This document shows positions 12,916-23,521 of a DNA stretch of 64,000 nt, piece by piece. Within the stretch, counting starts at the first letter, position 1, and every line of letters starts with the position of its first letter. Under the pieces are notes generated by a model. That model did not search any database, had not been told where the DNA came from, and saw only the letters and a list, made by a program, of their open reading frames with translations. Position numbers and translations under genes: made by a program. This stretch comes from Paraspadella gotoi (taxonomy: Eukaryota > Animalia > Chaetognatha), in the NCBI GenBank assembly GCA_051294375.1, contig CM119264.1, positions 7,821,301 through 7,885,300 on the forward strand, in the 5' to 3' direction.

Positions 12916-15900
12916 TATCCGAACTGAGGAAGGCTAGGCGTTTTTTTTTTATCATTGGACATCGACGTTACTCATCTAGCGCCTCGACGACCATGAACTT
13001 AGTTATTATATTATTTGAGATATTAGTATTAAAACCGCCTAACTAAGTTACGTGAAGGCTCGGTTGCTTCGGCTTAAACACTGGACCTGTGTCTAAAGGA
13101 AATATTTACACGTTTTGTTTCGTTATTTTTATATCCAATAATAGTTTTTAACGAGTGGCGTCAAAAAAAAAATCGTGCCAGTTTCTGTTTTCTGCGAACG
13201 TGCTAAAAAACCTTTCATAGGATTATCAGAAGAAACGAATGGTTCTATTTGTGGAAAAAGTTAAAAAAAAACTCAGAAAAAATTCAAACGAAATTTATTT
13301 CAAAAATAAATTATACAAATGAATGGATAATTTTTATATTGGTTGTTCCATTTTCATAACTTTGGAACCTTTCGTTCGGAGCAAAAAAGATTTATGTCTG
13401 AATGTTACGCATATAAAGGGCTGTTAACGAGATACATTCGTTGTGATGAATGTTTATTTTCAAACATTTTAATCTACAAAATCCTGAGTATAAAATCCTT
13501 CATTTTACGCAAGGATTTCTTTTTTCACTTTTCTCCATCATACATAGATGTTTTTATATTTTATAGCCGAAACTATGTCTTTCAAAAAAAAAAAATAAAT
13601 AAGTTGAAACGTAACGAAAAGAATGGGTGGACGCTGAACCATTAATCAACCCCTCCCCTTTTTCCCGTCTCGTCCCAGTTTCGTTTCCGGGCGTTCCGTA
13701 ATTTTTTTCCCTGATTTATTTTTTGTGTGCCATACAACTCCCCCTCCCCATTTTTTTAGTTCTTTTTTCCCGTAATGACGGTTATCATCTTTGCCCCTGT
13801 ATCTCGTCCTGACCTTGTTTTTCTTCCTATTATTAACCTTTTGTCATTCCTCATTATCCCGAAACCAAATACTTTGGTCTCTGCTTTTTCGATGATGCGT
13901 TATTTCTTTTCCATCATGCTTCTTTCCTCCGACACTCTTTTCTCCTTTCTCCCCGATATCTCTTCCTTTTTTGTTCATCTTACCCCTGACGTTTTCCTCC
14001 TCAGTACCCCATAATCGCCGCGCCCTTCCCCTTCCCCCCCCCTTCAAATCGTTTACGGTGCGCACTTCACCTTTTAAGGCATATCACCAATGCGATGGTG
14101 CTGGCTTTCGCATTTTTTTTTAAAAATCTCTCTCTCTTTCTATCTTTTTTGAAAACGAACTACTGTTGACCTTTTGTATCCTTGAGTGATAATAATCATT
14201 TTTTTTTATTCACGTGCGACTGACAATGTTTTCTCATCGCGGTTTTTAATTTTTTATCATTTGGTCCTCGAAACATTTTGGGCGAAAATGAATAAATAGA
14301 AATTAAAATCTACATTTCTTTTAGACATTCCTTATTCCTTGGAGAATTTTTTCAGGTTACTTCTTTTTAAATTAAATTTAAAATTGTTTTATGTCCTTGG
14401 GAGAAAGACCTTACAATTAGTTTTAGTTTGAATAGTTTTAGAATTATATAAGAACTTTTTAACCTACTGTGTAGTGCTTTTTCTTTAAATTAAATCATAA
14501 AGAACTAAAAAGTAGTGGGAGAAGATAATTATGAGAAATCAAAATTAGACAATTGTCTTTATATTTATAGTATACAGTACCTTATTCTCTAATTTATTCC
14601 TTCACTAAGATAAATATTTTACATTTACTATGTACAAGATCGAATAATGATTTAAAAGTTGTTTTAGGTATTCCATTTCATTCGCTGCCTTACAGATTAT
14701 ACGCTTTCAATATTATACTAGCTTGTCTGGTATTTTCATTAGTTTTCATTGGGTTATAAATCATTTTCTTACGACCTAACTAACAAGCGGAAGGTATCTA
14801 AAAATACTTAAAGTGATATCGTTTAACGGGTTTAGATCAATTTACAACCTAAGTACTTTTATTGCAATTTATTGTTCATATAGTGTTAGTAATTTATGGG
14901 GTAATTTGTTTTAAAAAAAAGAAGCAAAAAAATTTTTAAAAATTATGATGAAAAATCAAAACAAAAACGATGAAAATATATCTTTGAAGTCTGAAAAAAA
15001 TCTCGTTTAAGTGTTTAAAAGACATATTCAATATCTCTTCCCTTTAATTTTTTTTAAGTTGTAAAGAGCATTCGTTTGTGAAACCGTGGTAATATAACAC
15101 CAAGATTAAATCTTAAAATAGCTTTATTCATCCAATTTTGTTGTGCACGTATCAAAACATGTAACTATTTCTATGTACTAGAACAAATACTCATATTTTA
15201 AGATGAATGATTGATCTTTGTTTTCAAGGTAACCGATGGGTCTCCATTTTTATTTTTGAAATTGCCTATGATACTGTTACAGTTTTATAAAACAATAGTA
15301 ATATTTAAAATACGAACGTATCATTGGTAATTCTTTTTTTAACCTAGGTTTTTCTCATGCAGTTAAAATCAAAAGGTGACAAAAATAAGACATGCTCTAC
15401 CGGTATGGGCCAATCATTTTTTATGCTTATAGTTTTTCCCCTTTCTCCCTATTTGTGTCAACATCAAAAATTTTCATAATCGCCTTTTTTATTTTAAATT
15501 CCCACACTTTGAATTTAAATATGTTGTAAATAAATCTTAAATTATTGTTTACTTTCATTGAAAATAAAGGTCAAAGTAAAAAAAGGGAACTCATTACTTT
15601 TAAAAGTTTTATTGCTAGCTAAAAATTATTAAATCATTTTCTAGAATACGAAAAAAGCTTGACTTTCGTTTTCAGTTACCAATAAAATAGAAAACAGAAC
15701 CACCTCGAGCAAATTTGAGGTATTTGTTCGAACTTGGTAAACTTTGGGAGTAATCGAAAATCTGTGAGTAATAAGTCAACTTGCAAATCAAACAAAGGAG
15801 AAATTTCAAGATTAAACTTAGTACAGTGTATTTACAAAAAAAATCTTTCATTATCTGGGACATAGAGCGTCTTCAAGTTCATTTCCTTTATTTTGCCATT

Positions 15901-16125
15901 AGAGCGATAGTAATTATGCATAATATGCATATACTACTAGGATTTTAATTTATTTGCTCTTTCTTTATTCATCCTTGATTAAAAATGATATACACAAATC
16001 GTTTGGTCAAGAACTTATTATAATACTAACTTTTATTTTATGTAATCACTGTGCCAGAAACGGCTTGATATATATATGACCTCCCCTCAGTAAATGTATG
16101 CTCTCATAAAATCTTGGGGAAGAAA

Positions 16126-18536
16126 ATGAAGCTCCTTCTATGTTTTGCTTTATTCGTCTTGCTTTGCGAAGCAAAACCTCGAGGTAAATTGAAATATCAA
16201 ATCGTGGGGATGAAAAACGATATTCTATATCATATATGTTAAAATTTAATATTTATATGGTAATTTGTTTTGAAGTTTTGAAGCCTTCAGTTATCAGCTT
16301 CTCTCTATGATCTATTAGTAAGGACTAGCTTTTTACTGATTCATTTTTTAACTTCAATGTGAAAACTTTTGAAAACTTTTGGAAAAAGAATGTTTAAATA
16401 AAGTGTTTTTCCAGCATTAAATAAAAATAGAGAGGTTGATAAAATATTAAAATCAAGTTCCAAATCGCTAGTAAAAAAATTTAATCAAAAGCTACTCATT
16501 GACATTGGTTTTTCTGAAGAAACGCATAGAGAATAGTAAACATGAAATATGTTTCTATATTGTCAAAAATAATTTTACTTTGAAGAAATATATTAAGAAA
16601 TCATCTCTCGTTTAAAATTAAACGCGATTATAGTATTGTTTCTTAATATTTTTGAATGTTGTTTATTCCTGGACAAAATAAATAAATAAAACAAAATAAA
16701 TACCAGTTTAACAATTCAATTACCAAATTCGCTTAACATATTTCGTAATAATGTATATTGTTGGATTATTTCCCCAATAGGATCATGGGAAGGCGGAAGC
16801 AAAGATTCATGGGGAACTGATAGCCCAGACTCTTGGGAAAGTGGTAGCAAAGAAGATTCATGGGGAACAGGGAGCCCAGACTCATGGGAAAGTGGCAGCA
16901 AAGAAGATTTGTGGGGAACAGGAAGCCCTGACTCATGGGAAAGTGGCAGCAAAGAAGATTCATGGGAAACAGATAGCACAGACTCATGGGAAAGTGGCAG
17001 CAATGAAGATTCATGGGGAACAGAGAGCCCAAACTCATGGGAAAGTGGCAGCAGTGAAGAAAATGATTGGGCCACCACAAGAAGTCCTCAATTTGGCAAA
17101 GGGCGTATGGCGCCTCTCGATCCGCATCCTCGATGCTTGGTGATTGAAGTAATCAGGATTTGGAGGAGAACTGTCGGCGCTGAAGCGGAGTTAATCAAAA
17201 GATCGAACCCCGCTCTTGTCAAGCGTCTCGTGATTAAGAGATTGAGAACGGCCCGGCGTTTTGTTTCTTCCGTCAAATACGTCATGGAAGAAATTAGGAA
17301 TGAAATCCTCGGACGCACCAGCATTAGTGAGTTAATAGAGGGAAATGGCAAATGGAAAGGCAATGGTTTCAAAAAATAATGAAATAGGGATAGTAAAAGA
17401 AAAAAATCATCAAATACATATATCAAGTACATATATTAAAAAGTTAAAACTTTGCATTTATGCAAAATGTCTAATAATTTCCCCCATTTTACTCTTTAGT
17501 TCCTCGATTCATCAAGAGCAAAATAATGGAAAATCTGCGTGACCTCGGGCTTCCGATCTTTGGCAAGCGCTTGTTTGACCATCTTGAAAAAGTCGAGGCT
17601 ACCTTGGAGAACATGGAGCGAGAGTTCCGAAGGAAATCCGCCCAAAGGGTCAAACATAATGTAAACTTTTACTTGGAGAGCGCGGACAAATTCTTCATGG
17701 ATCGCGCAGGACGTCTTGCTCGTCGATTGCGCTGTGTAAATGGATTAAGACCGAAACCGACGGGACATCCCTGGCGGACGTCTCGCCAGCCAGATGATCA
17801 TACCACCTGGCGCCCTTGGACGAGCTGGACGTCCGGTTGGACGGATTCCTGGCAATCGACATGGGGTCCTACCCAATCTCCTGAACCGACTGGCAATCCT
17901 GGAACCACTGACGATTACACCCATCGCTGGGGATCAACTGATTATCCTGGATTTACTGATCAGAATACCGATTCATCTTGGCCAACTCAATTTCCTTTCA
18001 CCACTGACGATTATACCCATCGCTGGGGATCAACTGATTATCCTGGATTTACTGATGAGAATACCGATTCATCTGGGCCAACTCAATTTCCTTTCACCAC
18101 TGACGATTACACCCATCGCTGGGGATCAACTGATTATCCTGGATTTACTGATCAGAATACCGATTCATCTTTGGCCAACTCAATTTCCTTTCACCACTGA
18201 CGACTATACCCATCGCTGGGGATCAACTGATTATCCTGGATTTACTGATGAGAATACCGATTCATCTGGGCCAACTCAATTTCCTTTCACCACTGACAAT
18301 TACACCCATCGCTGGGGATCAACTGATTATCCTGGCTTTACTGATCAGAATACCGATTCATCTGGGCCAACTCAATTTCCTTTCACCACTGATGATTACA
18401 CAAATCACTGGGGATCAACTGATTATCCGGGTACATTTGTATGCGGTTTCTTAACTATGCGGATAATATATTTGATATTGATATAAATTCAGGTACAGGT
18501 GGACCAACTTCCTTTCCTGAGACTACCGATGATTAG
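16126..18536 (+). CDS. Orphan secreted protein (~525 aa) with two Trp/Asp/Ser/Thr-rich repeat arrays flanking a basic helical core
   Basis: Exon 1 16126-16183 MKLLLCFALFVLLCEAKPR (signal peptide); exon 2 16781-17326; exon 3 17500-18430 (one +1 indel at ~18171 inside a repeat); exon 4 18493-18536 ending TAG. All introns are phase 1 GT-AG. TATA-like tatatatat at 16069-16077; AATAAA at ~18651 and ~18739. Confidence 0.8.
16781..17065 (+). repeat. Coding tandem repeat, 51 bp (17 aa DSWESGSKEDSWGTGSP) x ~5.5
   Basis: Unit gactc(a/t)tgggaaagtgg(c/t)agcaaagaagattcatggggaacagggagccca. Confidence 0.95.
17904..18430 (+). repeat. Coding tandem repeat, 96 bp (32 aa TTDDYTHRWGSTDYPGFTD[Q/E]NTDSS[W/G]PTQFPF) x ~5.5
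   Basis: Near-identical copies start at ~17904, 18000, 18096, 18193, 18289 and 18385, alternating QN..W and EN..G variants. Confidence 0.95.
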
Positions 18537-18971
18537 AGGTCAACAGATAATCCTGGAACCACAGATGTACACTGTACATTGTACAGTGAGAAACAACTAT
18601 GATTTCTGGTTCAACTGATGAGAGTAACTTCCAGGTTACAACTTCTAAAAAATAAAGCGAGGAAGCAAGATCCTACCATGTTTGTCTTCTGAATCAATAC
18701 AAAATCTTTTGACAATATAAATAGTAATGAAATGTTTAAATAAAGGTTTTCCAAGAAAATTATACAAAATTTTTTAAATATTGTGGCAACACATTCACTA
18801 TCGCTACCCACGTGCTTCCAAATGAGCAACCCCGGTGGCGAAAGAGCGAGTGTTCTCTTTTAACACCAAGCGGCCTTGGGATCGCGCCCCTTGGGTGTCT
18901 TTGTCAGTGCGAAAACGAATTGATTTGTGAAAAAAAGATTTTCACAGACTTTGAAATTTGGAGAGAGAGAG

Positions 18972-19012
18972 ATGATGAAGGCTTACAATTTACATTGAAG
19001 CTATAACATGTC
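18972..19012 (+). ncRNA. Degenerate minimal hammerhead ribozyme motif (Penelope-type)
   Basis: aTGATGA-A-ggctt.acaatttacattg.aagct-ATAAC-ATGTC. Stem II is essentially intact; core C3 and GAAA are mutated. Confidence 0.4.
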
Positions 19013-19403
19013 CGAAATTTATTTTTTTATAAAACTCTTACGTAAACAATTCATTTTCTACCTTAAACATAAGAATAGCATTTAAAATAAATTTAAAACA
19101 ATTACTATTTATTTTAAAATTATAAAATTTGTATTACTGAACAAAAAAAATGTATATTATTGCGCAGAGTGAGACTCGACGCTAGAGGGAAAACAAAACT
19201 AAATGGATTAACAAAGCACCGACCTAAGGTTGCGCCTTGCAACTTGCGGGCGTCAAATAGTAAAGTTACCCATGTTTTTAATGCTGGAGCTTCAAAAATA
19301 GCAGTTAAGTCAAATAGTCTAATGCTTTACAATGTATGACTATAAACATTAGGAAAACAACAGATTTTTGTGTTCACGACGATTTTTAATGACAGTTTAG
19401 ATA

Positions 19404-19446
19404 GTCGTACATGTTTCGGCTTTCTTTGAGAGTCTTCATCAGCGCA
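19404..19446 (-). ncRNA. Minimal type-I hammerhead ribozyme motif (Penelope-type)
   Basis: Minus strand: gcg-CTGATGA-A-gactctcaaagaaagcc-GAAAC-AT-GTA-cg. Perfect core, imperfect stem II, palindromic ACATGT stem III. The downstream flank is homologous to that of the 50472 copy. Confidence 0.65.
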
Positions 19447-19930
19447 AAGAAAAGAAAGGAATATAACAATGACAATAAACATATATTTTATTAAGAAGAA
19501 CGTCTTAACTAACAGTTGCATTCAAATTTAATGAAAAAGAAGAAGAATAATAATAATAAAAATAATAAACAGCAAAAATTACTTGGAGCATGTTTTTTGT
19601 TTAATATCGGATCATACTTTCTCGACAGAGGAAGTTAGCTATATCGTTTCTGGATTTACAACAAAAGATATTCAGTTATTCCTTTTTGATCGGCGAAAAT
19701 AAATCTTGTTAAGAATGCATTAGAAAATTACTAGTTGGCAACAGTCGGAGATAAAAATATCATGGAATGCCCCTTAGTCTTACCACTAATAATACCCCTG
19801 TTCCGATATGCTTGAAAATTATTTCCTAAAGTGTTTTGAAATATTATGTTTATGGTTTTGACAGTAAACAAAGTTTACTTTACTTCAATCCAAGAAAGAA
19901 AAAAAAATACATACTAGTCTCTCTCTTTCT

Positions 19931-20010
<80 letters not shown>

Positions 20011-20540
20011 ACTACTACGAGCTTTTGACTCAATCCTTCGAGCCTCTCGCAGCTCATTTTTCTCAATTTTCCTTATTCTCGTTCTCCTCAATGAGGACCT
20101 CATGCTCATCGGTTCCCCCCCCCTCCCTCGGATCTGGATGTTCTCGACTTTCTCTCTGATCATCTGGTTTTGCCGAAGCCTTCGGCGTCTCTCTGGCGGA
20201 CGAGGCAGTTGATCCTCGTTTTCTTTGTTCGTCTATTGCGTTTTCATCTTTTGATATATTTTCAAACTTATTTCGCATTTTCAAAAATGTGCAATCGCTT
20301 GGTTATCCATAATCGGTAATCCAATTATAGTGTTTTTGGCAGAAGTATCTTAATTTTATCTCAAGTGAATTTTACTGTCCCCCAAATTTTAATGTATCGT
20401 AAAATGTATACAAAGGTGCAATTAAGAGATTAAATTTTAATTGATTTCTTTTATTTTGTTAAAATTTTTATTGGCGAGGCGAATCTCGAGTGAGAGGAAA
20501 GCGAGAGATAACGAATTAAACTTTGGCGTCTCGCGGTTCG

Positions 20541-20671
20541 TGACGTCATAACGCGGAAGACTCAAACGCCCTCTCTCGATGTCTGCCTTGAATCTCCTTC
20601 CTAATTAAAGCAAGATTTCTTCTCGATAATTTATTCCCGACGCCTACCCCAAAGTAGTCATCTGTAGGTAC

Positions 20672-20747
<76 letters not shown>
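20541..20747 (+). promoter_or_regulatory. Kelch-gene proximal promoter/5'UTR: CRE plus (CT)n tract
   Basis: TGACGTCA at 20541-20548; (CT)n at 20674-20747 ending ~40 nt before the ATG. Confidence 0.4.
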
Positions 20748-20749
<2 letters not shown>

Positions 20750-20788
20750 GGCTCGTTCGAAAAGAGGGGGGCGGTGGCGGACGAGGCT

Positions 20789-21595
20789 ATGCCCGTATTC
20801 GCGGAGGTGATGCCGGGCGAGGCTGCGGAAGCTGCAGCAATGTTGGGAAGCGTTTCAGCGTGTGGATCGGGGAAAGGCGCCGGGAGCCCCACAAGCGGCG
20901 TGGGTTCGGACGTCTCCGGCGCCTGCTACGTGGGGCTCGAGTCGCTCCCGGGTCTCTTCGCCTCCAACGACGGCGAGGGGCCTTACAACGAGTTTTACTT
21001 TTCGGAAACGTCGCACGCGCTACGGGTCTTGCAAGGTAAGTAGGCAGGTTCAACTATCACGTATTTTGAAAGGGATTATATAATATGTTTTAACTATATA
21101 CAAAAACATTTTAAATATTTGAGTTGAGCACCATACCTTTATTAATATGGGATCAGTGTTTTATCAATAGGATTTTTTTAAATTGTTTTTTCTGCTATTG
21201 ATAATTCAACAATATTGGGCGTTGCCCATTCAGCGTCATATCGCTTTAACTTCGCGTTATTTGCTAACTTGCTCAGTTGGCATCGTCTCTTGCGCCGCTT
21301 TCATCACGTCATATAGTTTTCTAAAAAAATAAAATTTAAAACTGCCGAGGCGAATATCATTCCACCCTTCGAGAGGGTGGTACCCATTAATATCGCACAT
21401 TATTGATAAGATTAAGAAGGCGTAATTTAGGTAGCTAATGGCTTCATGCTATTGCCTCGTGCAATTGGCACCTTGTAATTTGCGGAGCAAAAATCTAGTT
21501 TCAACGTTGGCTCGTCAGATCTCTAAAAGCTTTTTTGCGGCTTATCTCTGGAATCTGATTTGGGCGCGGTGACAGAAAACGAGAGTCAATTTGAA

Positions 21596-21651
<56 letters not shown>

Positions 21652-23482
21652 AAATGAGGTTGCTGGCTCTACGAGGTAAATTTTTGGGTTTATTTTTTAA
21701 CTTGAACTGGAAAAGTCAAATCAGAATAGAGAATTATTAAATATTACCGGACGTACTAAAAGCAAATAATGTACTGTAGATACGAAACAATACATTAAGA
21801 AAGAAAATTGCATTTTCGAAACAGAAAATGGAATAGGGGAAGTATTATACATATGTGTGCGAGTATAATCACTTATTAATTATTTGACTACTCACTACTC
21901 ACTGCTCAGGCCTCAATGAACAGCGCCTCCAAGGGTCACTGTGCGACGTGATAGTCTGCGTTGACAACCAGGACTTTCCCTGCCACCGCTCCGTCCTCGC
22001 CTCTTGCTCCCCTTACTTCAACGCCATGTTCTCCTCCGGCATGATGGAGTCCGGTACCAATCGGATCTACATTTCGGGTAAGGCTCGTTCTTCGCTTTCG
22101 TCCGTTTCGAGGTGACTTACCTTTGGCTTAACTCTCACGCTTATGCTCGTCCATTCTCACGACGTATTCGGCGTCGTCTCTTATTTGAAACCAGCAACGA
22201 CGGTGACCTTAACGTCGGTTGTTTTTAAAATCGTAGTCTTTCTAGTAATTGTTTTTGCCAATTTGTGACATTTCCATCATATTTTCGTATGCATTTTTGA
22301 GTGACTTTTCTCTTAGCCTTTTACGTCCACCTGTTTCGTCTTCGTTGTCATTTCTGCCGACCATATTGGCATTTCTGTCGTCCTATATTTCCATTCCCGA
22401 CGCCTTCATTCCCACCGTTTGTCTCTCAATCAAGACGACTCAATCTTCTTTCCTTTCGCTCTCTTTTTTTCCGTTAGCCTTTTTTTTTTTACTTTCGTCT
22501 CCCGTCGCACGGAGCTGTTCTTCTTTTGTCGTTTCGTCGATATTTTTTTTCTATATATTTTTCTTTTCTTTTTTTCCTTCTTCTTCTTCGATCAAAAATG
22601 GGAAAATCGGGAGAGACGAGACGTAAGCGCAGTTGGCGAATGTCGTCGTTCGAAATTTCGAATTCAAAACCAGAAAAACAGTTTGGTTGTGGGTGTTCAA
22701 TTGTTAATAGTAGTTAATTGGTAGTTTAAAAACATTTATTTTCGTAATTTCGAAAAATAAATGTTTCGGAACATTTTTTTATCATTGATATTTATCAAAA
22801 AACAAAAAACGTGACCTAGATTTCTATGATAATAAATAATCGTTACCATAATAATAATCGTTATCATTATCATCTTTTCATACAATTGAAACATTCTTTA
22901 AAATATTTTCCACTTCATTGATAGGGAAGCCAGGTACTCTGGGAGTGAATAAACGAGACTGTGAAAGAGTCTAGATTGAAAGCTTTCAGGGACCTGCTAT
23001 GTCATTATCTTGTAAGAGTGATGGAGGCCTTAAACTACCAAAGCCTGTCCAAAGTCAGGGGCAAGATAGCTTATTTATTAAATGAATGGATAATTTTTAT
23101 ATTGGTTGTACCAATTTCATAATCATTGAGTTTTATGTTTTACTCTACATACTTATTTTTTTAAGCCCTAAAAATCTAAGCACAAGACGACAGTCTCTAC
23201 TAGCAACACCTTTGGATTTTATCTTTTCTCTCAATTATTGCATTAATCTCACATCATCGCTAGATAAGTTTCTTTGAATTTATGGCGCGTCCCTCTCCCC
23301 CTCGCTTCTCGTCGCATATGGCGGAGGCAAGTTAAGATTTCTTTATGCACTTAGGAAAGTTTCTTTTTCTTCTTTTTCTTTTTTCTTCTTCTTTTTCTTC
23401 TTTTGTTTCGATCCATATATAAATGACATAGAAAAATGATTTTCAACGCTTTCCGAATACCTTTTCTGATTAATATACGATT

Positions 23483-23521
<39 letters not shown>

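Noticed and set aside
16514-16553. CTGAAGAA...GAAATATGTT possible fifth hammerhead
   Set aside because: Spacing fits, but stem II and stem I do not pair convincingly.
16716-17143. Alternative-frame and antisense ORFs over the 51-bp array (CCHFPMS, HESSLLP, HGKVAAK repeats)
   Set aside because: Shadows of a 3n repeat; only the DSW frame joins the signal-peptide exon in phase.
17904-18430. CRISPR array or RWamide neuropeptide precursor (HRW-G repeats)
   Set aside because: No unique spacers and a eukaryotic coding context; the Gly is followed by STD rather than basic cleavage residues.
18825-18900. tRNA-like segment (ggtggcg..gggatcgcgcccc); similar B-box-like bits at ~38784 and ~49837
   Set aside because: No complete cloverleaf; at most decayed SINE heads.
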